From assembly GCA_963845085.1 (NCBI GenBank), contig CAWJQI010000004.1:32001-96000 (forward strand): a DNA stretch of 64,000 bases, given 5' to 3'. The notes beneath the pieces are model-generated. The model did not search any database and had not been told where the DNA came from. It saw nothing but the letters and a program-made list of their open reading frames with translations. Shown piece after piece: positions 46,144 to 55,926 of this stretch. Numbering within the stretch: position 1 is the first letter of the stretch; every line of letters begins with the position of its first letter. Source of the stretch: Candidatus Fermentibacterota bacterium. GTDB taxonomy: Bacteria > Fermentibacterota > Fermentibacteria > Fermentibacterales > JCC-6. A program made the translations under genes and the position numbers.

Positions 46144-49100
46144 AACGACACCGTGCCTTCAAGACCGCCTGTGCGTGTCCAGTCGCCCCCTGCGGGGCGC
46201 CTGGCGCGAACGAAAAGCGAGAGCCTCAGCCAGCGCCCGAGGTTCCTTCCGGCGTTGAGGCTGCCGTCGAGCGTGTAGCCGCGGCCGGCCCCGTCGAAGA
46301 ACCATGACGGGAGGTCACCCTCTCCCGGTATCCACGCCACTCCGTAACCCGCGCTGGTGGTCCAACCCCCCGTGTTCACCGAAACATGCGGCCGGATGCC
46401 GTAGGATGTTTCGTTGAGGCCGGTTTCCAACTCCCTCCTGTTGTCGGCGGAAAGCTCCACACCCCCGGTTATACCGGGTGACGGCATGTACCGCGGGTCG
46501 GCTGAAACAAGCCTTCCCGTGATCCTGCGAGGTCCGTAGAGATCCTGCTCCCTGAGGGACAGCCTGCCCGAAAGCTCGAGCTCAACCACAGGATGAAGGC
46601 GCAGAAGCGGCGTCAGCCGTGCCGAGCGATCGATGGTCCGGCTCCGGCCGGAGCCGCTCAGGGTTTCCCTGCTGTCGGAGGAGGCAAGTCTCAGGGTGAG
46701 CCTCCTGAGAACACCATCATCCCAGGAGAGCCAGGGAGAGACTGTCGCCGACCATTCCCCGGGGCTGTTCGTGTCGAAAGCTCCGGCCAGTGTGAATGTC
46801 TTCAAACGGTCGGACGGGTTCGACGCGGAGAGAGTGACGCTTCCATCGAGTCCGGAGCCCTCGCCGTGGATCGAGCCGGTGCTTTTCAACCGCGCTTCCA
46901 GTACCTTCTCCTCCCCCTCGCCGGGCTGGAACGACCTGTTGTAGTCGCCGCCGGGGTCGGGGTAGTACTCGCCGGTATCGGGATCGTAGCTGTATTCCCC
47001 GTTTCCCTCCCCCACCCACGTGTAGATGATCTCCACCGAGCGCCCAAGGTAGCCCCCCGCAGAGTAGTCGTTGTGGGTCCACCAGCCCGCGCCGTTCAGG
47101 GAAAGCCCCAGGATCATGGCGTCGGCACGGCTCTGCCCTCCGCCCTGGAACCAGCTGGTTGAGTGGTTGTAGCTTCCGCTGAGGTTCCAGCTCGAACCGC
47201 GGCCGTTCCCGGAAAGGCCGGCCCTGGCAACCCGGTCCGGAAGACCCGTCCCTCCCCTTCGGTCAAGCGTTCCCCCGGCGAAAACCCGGAAGCTCCAGAG
47301 CCCCGGTTCCGCAACGGTCCCCGCCTCGCCGTCGTGTATCCACCCCTCCAGGCTGTCGGCCCAGGCTTCCCTGGAGGTGGACAGGTCAACAAAGGGTGTG
47401 AAGAGACCTGCAGCGTACTCAATCATCGACCCGGCAGAAATCCTGTCGCCATCCCTGAGGTCAGTGACGGCCTTTCTTCTCCCCGCGTTGGCGGCAAAGC
47501 TGACTGTAAAGGCTCCGGGGGTGAACACAACGTTTCCTTCGGCCTTCTCGACTGAACCGCCCTCGTCCATGTAGCGCCTGCCGCCGGATATGTTCAGGTT
47601 TTCCGATGCCAGTCCGGCCTCGCCGTAGGAGTCGTTCCCCGTGAAGCCGGCGGGCAGAAGCCAGCGGGAAAGGTCGTCGTCCGGGTCGGATTCGTCGGGG
47701 AAGGAAAAGCCTTCCGAGACCAGCCGCCCCTTCACGAACAGCTCGGGGCCATCCTCCCAGGGAGCGATCGATATCCTTGAGGAGGCGAATGACCCCTCCC
47801 TTGTCGTGCCCGAGGGGTTGAAAAGGTTGCCCTCCCGTCTCGACAGGTAGCCCGAGACCTCCCCGGCGAACACGCCCTGCTCGCCGCGGATCGAAACGCC
47901 GCCCGTCTCCTTCATTGAAGGGATGTCGATGTATCTCCTCGGCAGATGGGTGCCCTCGTTCCCGCCCTCCCACCTGAAGCCTCCGAGCGCGGAATCATAG
48001 ACGTAGTCGCCGGGACCTTCGGGAGGCCGCTGGAAGGTGACGTCCCAGCCGCCTTCACCGGGGCCCTCGAAGGTGTAGTGACCAAGGCTGTCAAGCGAGT
48101 ATGAGCCCTCCCCCTCCCCCACGAAGGCGCCTCCGGGGAGCCAGGCGTCGGCCGGGTTTTCCCCGGCATTGCGAAGCACTTCCTCCGCCTCGGGGCTCAT
48201 GACGAACCCGAGGGGCGCCCCGGTGTCGTCACCCTCCCTGAAAAACTGCGATTCGACCCTGAAGCCGTCATCACCGGCCCCGAACAGACCGGTCAGTATC
48301 CCGCGGCGGAAACCGTCGCCCTCCCTGTAGCACGAAACCTCGACCCGCTGGTCCCTCCTGATCAGCCTCGACGCAGTGAAGGTAAGCCTGCCGCCGGGGT
48401 AGTCAACCGTGTAGTCGGCTCCGCTCCCCCTCTGCATGAGGACTCCGTCGAGGGTCACACGTTCGCTCCCGGGTGTCACCCCCGAGGGAGCGAAGGTGTA
48501 GGGGCCCTGCACACCCTCCTGCGTGAGGAACACCGTGTGGTGACGCCTTGCGCCGGTGATGCCGTAGCCGGCGCCTGCGGTCAGCATGTCGGCGGGAGCA
48601 ACCATTCCGGAGAAACCGCTCAGGCTTCTTCTGTATCGCATCGGGGTGAGGCCGTCACCCGTCGATTCGCGCTCCATGTCACCCAGTTCGGTGCTCCAAG
48701 AGCTTCCCTCGACGAACAGGTTCACCTTGTCCAGCTCGGACAGGGCTTCCGACGATGCCGCACCGAGGGGAAGGCTTTCGTCCGTTATCGAACCCCTGAC
48801 TGTAACGCCCGGGGTGATCATGCCGTCAAGCGAGATCCTTGTGCCCTGTACCAGCCCCCCGTCGGATCCCAGGGAGATCCCGAGCCTTTTGACGCCGCTG
48901 ATGTACAGCCCCTCACCGGCCGGGGATGATGACTGCGCCTGCCCGGTCAGGATCTGGATCCTTGCGAGCGGTTCAAGCCTGAGTGCAGCCGTGTTCGGGA
49001 ACCCCACGCTGAGCGTATCGAAGAACAGGGTGACTACGGCCCCTTCCGGGGGCGGAGGCAGCACTCGAAGACCTGCCGCGGCCCCGCTCGAGGCGTTGAC

Positions 49101-49244
49101 CGCGCGAAGGGTGTCGCCGTCAACAATGGCGAAGGCGCCGACAGGGGAGGCCCATACTGAATCCGGCAACTCAAAGAAGCCGGTTCCATCGCTCTGCATT
49201 TCCAGTGAAAGGCCGGACAGCAGACCGAGGAGGATGAGGGTCAC
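46140..49244 (-). CDS. Large outer-membrane beta-barrel-like protein with a SprA-like segment
   Basis: 1034 aa with amphipathic beta strands, C-terminal Phe, and a GSERVTLDG..MQRG..DYTVDY..G.LTF segment. Confidence 0.6.
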   Translation of the reverse strand: MTLILLGLLSGLSLEMQSDGTGFFELPDSVWASPVGAFAIVDGDTLRAVNASSGAAAGLRVLPPPPEGAVVTLFFDTLSVGFPNTAALRLEPLARIQILTGQAQSSSPAGEGLYISGVKRLGISLGSDGGLVQGTRISLDGMITPGVTVRGSITDESLPLGAASSEALSELDKVNLFVEGSSWSTELGDMERESTGDGLTPMRYRRSLSGFSGMVAPADMLTAGAGYGITGARRHHTVFLTQEGVQGPYTFAPSGVTPGSERVTLDGVLMQRGSGADYTVDYPGGRLTFTASRLIRRDQRVEVSCYREGDGFRRGILTGLFGAGDDGFRVESQFFREGDDTGAPLGFVMSPEAEEVLRNAGENPADAWLPGGAFVGEGEGSYSLDSLGHYTFEGPGEGGWDVTFQRPPEGPGDYVYDSALGGFRWEGGNEGTHLPRRYIDIPSMKETGGVSIRGEQGVFAGEVSGYLSRREGNLFNPSGTTREGSFASSRISIAPWEDGPELFVKGRLVSEGFSFPDESDPDDDLSRWLLPAGFTGNDSYGEAGLASENLNISGGRRYMDEGGSVEKAEGNVVFTPGAFTVSFAANAGRRKAVTDLRDGDRISAGSMIEYAAGLFTPFVDLSTSREAWADSLEGWIHDGEAGTVAEPGLWSFRVFAGGTLDRRGGTGLPDRVARAGLSGNGRGSSWNLSGSYNHSTSWFQGGGQSRADAMILGLSLNGAGWWTHNDYSAGGYLGRSVEIIYTWVGEGNGEYSYDPDTGEYYPDPGGDYNRSFQPGEGEEKVLEARLKSTGSIHGEGSGLDGSVTLSASNPSDRLKTFTLAGAFDTNSPGEWSATVSPWLSWDDGVLRRLTLRLASSDSRETLSGSGRSRTIDRSARLTPLLRLHPVVELELSGRLSLREQDLYGPRRITGRLVSADPRYMPSPGITGGVELSADNRRELETGLNETSYGIRPHVSVNTGGWTTSAGYGVAWIPGEGDLPSWFFDGAGRGYTLDGSLNAGRNLGRWLRLSLFVRARRPAGGDWTRTGGLEGTVSF

Positions 49245-49936
49245 TCAACCACCAGGGGAGGCAGCCCGCCGCCCCAGAGAACCACTACTCCGCCTCCCGG
49301 CGAGGCGGACACCCTGGTGTGGCGGACCTGACAGAGAAGGGTGTCGCCACCGGCGAAGTAAAGCACGGAATCACTGAGGACCAGCACGCTGTCACCCACG
49401 AGACACCCGGCCCCGGTCGCGCTGACGAGGACGGGTTCCCCGCCCTCCATGATGCGATATACGCCGTCCCCCGAGAAGAGCCCCGTGCCTCTCTCAAAAT
49501 GCAGCCGTCCTGAAGCGGGTGCGTCACGCTTGATCACGAGCCCTTCGGTTGTAAGGACCGCTTCCCTCTGGGTGTCGACGTACCAGACCGACATCCCGGC
49601 AAGCACCAGGTCTCCGGGAGTGCCTGAAACGCCGGTAACGGCCACCGGCTGGACGAACCTGTCGAAAAAGGTAACGGTTCCGTCGGATGCGTCTGAAACA
49701 AGCATTCCGCCCGTTCCGTCAAGGCAGAGCCCCGATGGGCGGGAGATGTCGTCGAGGAAGTAACGGGCCGATTCACCGGACGGAAAGACTGCGCACAGCT
49801 CGGGAACACCCTCGAGAAGCACCCAGACCGTGCCGTCGCGGGAAACCTCGAGATCGGTGTAGTTTCCTGACGGAAATGTGAATGGGGCGAGGGCGAGAAG
49901 GCTAACGAACAACGACGAAACGGCCGGACCGAACAT
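49241..49936 (-). CDS. Hypothetical NHL/beta-propeller-like protein; start uncertain
   Basis: PSGLCLD..G.MLVSD NHL-like repeat; fits the operon spacing. Confidence 0.55.
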   Translation of the reverse strand: MFGPAVSSLFVSLLALAPFTFPSGNYTDLEVSRDGTVWVLLEGVPELCAVFPSGESARYFLDDISRPSGLCLDGTGGMLVSDASDGTVTFFDRFVQPVAVTGVSGTPGDLVLAGMSVWYVDTQREAVLTTEGLVIKRDAPASGRLHFERGTGLFSGDGVYRIMEGGEPVLVSATGAGCLVGDSVLVLSDSVLYFAGGDTLLCQVRHTRVSASPGGGVVVLWGGGLPPLVVE

Positions 49937-51524
49937 TTTCACCACGCGCCAGGCGGTAGAAATAGATCCCCGATGCCAGTTCGCCAGCCCCGGGATACAC
50001 GAGCACCCTTTCTCCGGCCTGCTGGTAGCCGAAGTCATGGGTGTCTACGAGAGTCCCGGTCTGATCGAAGACTGCAAGGCTCACATTGGCGCCGGCCGAG
50101 TAGAACTGGATGTAAAGGTCGCCAAGGCAAGGGTTTGGATACACGGCCAGCTCCCCGCCAACGCTTCCGGCGGATGCTGTGACAGAAAGGCCGGCAAAGG
50201 CGTTGTTCAACAGCATCAACGTTCCGGGGTTATCGAGCGGAACAGCCACTTCGCCGGTTCCGCCAACATTCACCGGAGTGAGGTCATCGTCGGTGAGAAG
50301 GAAGGCCTGCATGTTCCCGATGCCGGTTGCGCCGATGCGCAGGCTTCCCGACAGACCGTCGGCTATCCTGTAGTAAAGCCCCTGGTACGAGCCCATTTCA
50401 AAAGCGGAGCCCTGCCAGGGCAATTCATCAATGATGCCGGTCCAGTCGAGACCGGGCCTGTTGCCGGGGGAGACGGTATCGTAGGAGGCGATGGTGAAAG
50501 CCTGCCAGCCGAAGCCCCTGTCGTAGTCGTCGATGAAGCACGAGAGCATCCAGTCCCCAAGGATGTCTTCGAGCACGGGCGTCTGACCGGTGGCAAGAGC
50601 GATGGACTCCTCGATGTTCCTGACTCCGCGTGTCTCGGAGTGCATGGAGTTCCAGATGAAGTCGCGCCCTCCGTAATTCTCCATGATGTACGAGAAAAAG
50701 AGAAAGCCCGCGCCGTAGCCGGCCACGTATCGTATGTCCTGAAAGTCGTAGCTGGTCCAGTTGATCGGCGTCACGCCGCCGGTTTCGATGAAGGTCTCGA
50801 CCTGGTCGGCGGGGTAGCCGCAGACGTACGGACCAGCCTGGGCCTGGTTCTCGAGCACCCAGAGGTCCTGCGAGGTGAACGGAGCTATCCCCCAGTGAAT
50901 GAGGTGCACGAGTTCGTGGCTTGCCACGTATGAGGCGCCGGAGACCTCGCCGGGGTTGCAGTCTACGTAGAGCACCTCGGCCTCGTTGGAGTGCCCCCCG
51001 TAGTAGAGCCTCGCCTCCCATTCGGTGAACTGGTTGTAGGGCGAGAAGTAGCCCGCGATGTAACCCGGATTCGTTGCAGGATCCCAGCCGTCCGGGATGT
51101 CGAGCGCGAGAATGTACACCCTGGGATCGTTGTCGAGCTCGTCGGGGATCGGCCCGAAGTTGTCCTCGAGACGGGTGATTATGCCCGACTCGCCTTCGAC
51201 TGCCGCAAGGAGGCTGTCAACACCCTCCTGATCGAAGCTTCTGTCCTCCCACTGTGTGTCCTCGACGAAGATGTACGTTTTGTCCCCCACGGCACGGCAG
51301 GTGGCGGAGGTGAGGTAGAACGTGGTGTACTCACCCAGAAAGCTCTGTGCCCAGAAATTGACCACGTCTCCGACCTGGTGCGCTCCCCCCAGGGCCGCTA
51401 TGCCGCCGGTCGGAGCGAAGAGCGGATCGTGCCTTTGATCGATCTCCATGACCTGCGGGTAGTAAAAGGTCCCGCTGACCGGCATCGGCCGCGTGGAAAG
51501 CAGAAGGAAAAGTAATATGCCCAT
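49902..51524 (-). CDS. Secreted zinc metallopeptidase (HExxH; M30/M6-like) with T9SS-type CTD
   Basis: D.DPRVYIL, GYIAGYF, SHELVHLIH and downstream WVLE; CTD VYPNP...LASGIYFYRL...FVVVR. Confidence 0.8.
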   Translation of the reverse strand: MGILLFLLLSTRPMPVSGTFYYPQVMEIDQRHDPLFAPTGGIAALGGAHQVGDVVNFWAQSFLGEYTTFYLTSATCRAVGDKTYIFVEDTQWEDRSFDQEGVDSLLAAVEGESGIITRLEDNFGPIPDELDNDPRVYILALDIPDGWDPATNPGYIAGYFSPYNQFTEWEARLYYGGHSNEAEVLYVDCNPGEVSGASYVASHELVHLIHWGIAPFTSQDLWVLENQAQAGPYVCGYPADQVETFIETGGVTPINWTSYDFQDIRYVAGYGAGFLFFSYIMENYGGRDFIWNSMHSETRGVRNIEESIALATGQTPVLEDILGDWMLSCFIDDYDRGFGWQAFTIASYDTVSPGNRPGLDWTGIIDELPWQGSAFEMGSYQGLYYRIADGLSGSLRIGATGIGNMQAFLLTDDDLTPVNVGGTGEVAVPLDNPGTLMLLNNAFAGLSVTASAGSVGGELAVYPNPCLGDLYIQFYSAGANVSLAVFDQTGTLVDTHDFGYQQAGERVLVYPGAGELASGIYFYRLARGENVRSGRFVVVR

Positions 51525-52171
51525 CAGAATCTCGCCCCGATGGTGAACATGACCGACGAGAAGTCGGCGGCTTCAGGGAAGGCCAAGCCTGTGTAGACAC
51601 CCGGCCTTGCAGGGTCGAGGAGGGCGGCATCGATCGCGCTCACCACCCGGTTCACCACGGCGAACATCGCGATGTAGGTTGTTCTGCGGTACCACTCACG
51701 GCTGTCGCGAAGTGCGTCGCCGTACGCGAGTCGTTCCGCCTCGCTGCTCCAGTTCCATCCCGACCCTTCCGGGACCGAATGCTGTGCGTAGTAATCCTGC
51801 TGCGCCGCGGGGTCATCGGGATAGTAGTATCTTGCGAGCTGCCTGATGTATGTGTTGAATTCGCCGCTGCTCATGTAATCGCCAACATCATCCTGAAAGT
51901 CACGGCTGCTGCCCGACACGTCGATCCCGGCCTTCTGAAGGGCGAGCATGCGAAAATTGTCGCGCTCCCATGTGGCTTCGATGTAGGAGAGCCCCGCACC
52001 GATCCAGGTTGCGGCCTCGACCCCCATGAAGACCATCCCCCGGGTTTTGTAGCCGAGGTGATCCTGTCCCCACCCCGGAAGCAGCAGCGACCGGCCCATG
52101 GCTGCACGGTCCGCTGCAGCCGTGGAGGCAAAAAGGAGCACGATGAGAACGATGACCTTCCGGGCTCTCAT
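51524..52171 (-). CDS. Hypothetical exported/membrane protein (DUF5683-like SLLLPGWGQ motif)
   Basis: Signal peptide, SLLLPGWGQ, NRVVSAIDA and C-terminal Phe. Confidence 0.65.
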   Translation of the reverse strand: MRARKVIVLIVLLFASTAAADRAAMGRSLLLPGWGQDHLGYKTRGMVFMGVEAATWIGAGLSYIEATWERDNFRMLALQKAGIDVSGSSRDFQDDVGDYMSSGEFNTYIRQLARYYYPDDPAAQQDYYAQHSVPEGSGWNWSSEAERLAYGDALRDSREWYRRTTYIAMFAVVNRVVSAIDAALLDPARPGVYTGLAFPEAADFSSVMFTIGARF

Positions 52172-52178
52172 GAAAACC

Positions 52179-54915
52179 TCAATTCACCACTGCGGCGTGG
52201 AAGATCGACTCTGTTGACACACCGGCGGAAACCACCTCAAGGCATACATAGTAGAGACCGGGTGAAAGCCTTGATGTGTCCCACTCCACCTCCCAGGGTG
52301 AACCCCCGGGGGCGTTGCCCTCGAAAATGCCGACGAGTTCCCCCGCCACATTGAAAATCCTCACCGAAAAAGTGCAATCGCTTCCGGGCGTGAACCGGAT
52401 GTGCCCCGTGCCGTCGATGACCGGGTTCGGCCAGACGAAGAATCCCCCCTCCGCGAGGGGACCGGCCCCCGATATGGCCGGCAGTTCGGCGGGCCACCAG
52501 CAGCCCTCGCCGCCCCGATCCATACCGGTATGCCACCCCTGGGGCGAGAAGGGCACGAACCATGAGCCCACCCATCCGCCGCCGGCCACAGCAGCCATCC
52601 TGTAGGAATCGTCGCCCTCGAACTTCCAGAGCAGCGGTCTTCCCACCGGGAGGTCGCCGACCGACCACAACGTACCGTCCAGGCTTTCACCATCGGCATT
52701 CCAGAGCCCAGTCCGGCCGTCGCGAAGGGACAGGCCGGCGAAACCGATGCCACCCACCCCGGCGTTGAAACGGTCCGATCTCCGAAACCAGGCTGTCGGT
52801 GGGTGTGGAGACGGGCCAGTCCGCAAGGATGGTTCCGCTTGCAGTGACTGCGCAGGCTCCGGTCGAGGTCTCAACAACGACCTCGAGGTAGCCGTTTCCA
52901 TCGAGGTCGGAGGGGAACACCCCCCCCAGCGCCTCTCCCGAAAGTTCTGCGGGAAAACCGGGTTCGATGTTGCCTTCGGTGTCATAGCACCAGACGTAGC
53001 CCCTGCTGGTCAGCGCGATCTCGGTAACCCCGTCACGGTCGAAGTCGGCGGATATCGGAACGGATATGTCCCCTCCGCCGGGATGTACGGAACCGTCCGC
53101 GAAAAGAGGATGCCCGTCGAGGTCGAAGGCGAAAAGGCTTCCGTCGGCCACCGTGACGGCGATGCCAGGAACTTCGACATCGGGTGTCACGCAGATGCCC
53201 TGAACGGAATACTCAAAACCGTGGGGCCATCCGGGGATTGCCTCACCATCGGATGCAAAGAGGTAAACACTGTCGCCGGCGGCCGCAGCCGCGATCTGAA
53301 GCTCTTCCGAAAACAGGACCTGAACCGGCTCTTCGGAAACCCTTGCGGGCCAGCCCGGTGCTTCAACACCCCATTCGGGCGTGAGCATGTGGACAAAGCC
53401 GTTCCTGTCGCCAGTGAGCAGGTATTCGTCATCGGCCAGCAGCGCGGCCCTGGGAGGGGTTGCGAGCATCGTGCCGAACCCCGCAAGTGTTTCGCCTTCC
53501 GGCGAAAGCAGGGCAATCCTGCCGCTCCCGCGAAGAACTGCGATGACCTCGCCGAGACCGGGTGCGTTCCATACGACCGGACCGGAAGCGGGGTTCTGAA
53601 CTTCGGCGGGCCACCCTTCAACACCCTCGCGGGCAACCGTAAACGTCATGCTGTTCCCCGAATTGGATGTGACGTCGACAGTAACGCCCGTGCGGCCACC
53701 CCAGGAGGCCGATGTGGAAGGTGTTGTCGCGGGACCGAGCAACCACGCGTAGCCGTCGCGCTTCCAGGGGTCCCACTGGCTGCCGTCACTCGTGTAGAAG
53801 TAATCGTAGTAGGGCGAGTTGAAATCGGGGATGCCGTCCGCCTCGACCACGGTGACACCCTGGTGGAGGGGGTCGGCATTTACGGTGTTGTTCAGGATAT
53901 GGCTTCCAAGCCTTGTCTCATCGATATGCCAGATAAGGACACCAGAGCCGGGAAGGCCGTAGTCGCGCTCGTGGGCGCCGCACTGGCCGTCTCCGTCGGG
54001 GTCGCGCTGGCGGTTTTCGATGAGAAGGTACTCGGTGCCGCTGAGCGGCACCCGATAGACGGTGTCGTTGGGAGCGACGGTGAAACTGCCGTTCCAGACC
54101 TCGACAACGTCAGCCCAGCCCAGGTTCTCACGGGTGTAGGCGCCGGGGGCCGATGGCCAGAAACCGTCCATTATCCACTGGCCGTATCCCATTATGTCCC
54201 AGCCGCCGATGGCGATGCTGCCGGTGCTTGTGTTGTAGAGGTCGGGAGCGCCCAGCCATCGCAGCAGCTTGTTGGCGCTGACCCCGAGAACACCGAGCCC
54301 GTATGTATTCTGAGTCTGGTGCTCGGGAACGATGATCCCTTCGCTCACAAGCATGCCGTCGTTCGTCGGGATACCGCCGGCCATCCAGGGATCCTCCTGG
54401 CCGATGTAGTAGGAAAAGCTTCCAGCGTCTACGAACATCGAAGGCAGGTCCCACATGGGACCCGACGGATTGGATTCACTCCCCACACCGGCATGGACCA
54501 CCATCACAACGTCGTACTCCGAGAAATCCACCTCGGGGTCGGCGGCCTGAACCGCATGCACGAGAAGCCACATGACTGCGGTCGGCCAGCGGTCGCCGTC
54601 GCCGTACCAGCTCATCTGATGCGGCATTGTGTAACCGCCACCCCCGACGGCGGGAAACACGGAGAACTCGAAGTCCTGCCTGTCACGGCTGACGTCTGTG
54701 AAATACGAGTCAAGCTGTTCCGCGACATCGAGGCTGTAATCCCTGCCGTGCTCGGGCAGGAAAAGCCCGGTGCCTGTCGTGGAATCGGTGTAGTCCTCAA
54801 TGAACTCCACCCTCAGCATGCAGACACGAGTCAAGGCGTCAGCCCCCGACTGCGCGGCAGCCGAAGCGACAGACGCCAGAAGAAGGACCAGGCTCGGCCT
54901 GAGGGCGGACATCAC
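52179..54915 (-). pseudogene. M6-like metalloprotease domain (no HExxH) with FG-GAP repeats and T9SS CTD, split by a +1 frameshift at about 52730-52790
   Basis: VHAG.G.E, LG.PDLY, W.IMGYG.W, LIENRQ, G.LIWHID, DFDRDG and DLDGNG repeats. The CTD (VWPNP...LSPGLYYVCL) lies in the +1 frame. Confidence 0.75.
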
Positions 54916-54918
54916 CTC

Positions 54919-55908
54919 TTAGAACCCGACGGTAAGGGAGAACTTCTGGTTGTACTTGCCGCTGCCCTGAAGCTCCTCGACAACCGGAATGAAGGCCATG
55001 TCAAACTGGAAGCCCTCCCACTGGATGCCGGCGCCCCAGGTAAGGCCCTGCCTCGTGCTCGCGCCCTCGGTGTCATGCGAGTAGCCGGCGCGCAGGGCGA
55101 GCAGGTCGTAGTACCAGAGCTCAGCCCCGACACCGAATGTGTTTTCGCCGATCTCCTCGCCGATCTCGTCTTCAACGTCGACGAGAAGCTTCGAGAAATC
55201 AGATGCCACGAGCAGGTTGAAAAGGTCGTTCTGTATCGGGCGGAATGCAACGCCCAGCCTGATCTCCCTGGGCAGGGGGTTGTTCTCGCTGTTGCCGCCG
55301 TAGCTCATGTTGGGGCCGAGGTTCGCAAGGCAGGCGCCGAGGGACATGTCGCCGATTCCGAATTCGGGCACATGGTAGAGAACACCGAAATCGGCCGCGA
55401 AGCTCGAGCCCTTGCCGTTGTCTTCGTAGTAGAGATGGTCGTAGATGAACTTGAGGCTCATGCCCACTCCCAGGCCGTCCGCGACCTCGGTGCCGAAGCT
55501 GCCGGTCCCGCTGATACCGTAGGAATAGAAGGAGCCCACCGGCTCGGTGTAGCCCTCGGGTATCTCCTGCTGCTCGCCCATGGACATGAATGTGATGTTT
55601 CCGCCTATGCCGCCCCAACCCTCGAGATGCTGGGCATAGCCGAGGAACTCGAAGTAAAGGTCGTCTGCAAGCTGGGGCAGCCACTTGGAGTGCTGAAGCG
55701 TGAGCTCCGCCCTCTCGGGCGACACGAAGGCAAGGCCGGCGGGGTTCCAATAGCTTGCCGTTGCATCATCGCTGATGGCCGTGAAAACCTCGCCCATACC
55801 GTTGGGTCTTGCGCCGGGGGTGATGTCTTTCCAGATGACGGCTGCCGTTGCGGCGTAGCCGGTACCGGCGAATACAGCCACCGCGGCGGCCAAGAGAAAC
55901 TTACGCAT
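54919..55908 (-). CDS. porV: PorV family outer-membrane protein
   Basis: PGARPNGMGE, DATASYWNPAGLAF, HSKWLP and LALRAGY motifs; C-terminal Phe; directly after porU. Confidence 0.85.
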   Translation of the reverse strand: MRKFLLAAAVAVFAGTGYAATAAVIWKDITPGARPNGMGEVFTAISDDATASYWNPAGLAFVSPERAELTLQHSKWLPQLADDLYFEFLGYAQHLEGWGGIGGNITFMSMGEQQEIPEGYTEPVGSFYSYGISGTGSFGTEVADGLGVGMSLKFIYDHLYYEDNGKGSSFAADFGVLYHVPEFGIGDMSLGACLANLGPNMSYGGNSENNPLPREIRLGVAFRPIQNDLFNLLVASDFSKLLVDVEDEIGEEIGENTFGVGAELWYYDLLALRAGYSHDTEGASTRQGLTWGAGIQWEGFQFDMAFIPVVEELQGSGKYNQKFSLTVGF

Positions 55909-55926
55909 TTCTTCCTCCCGTTTCGA

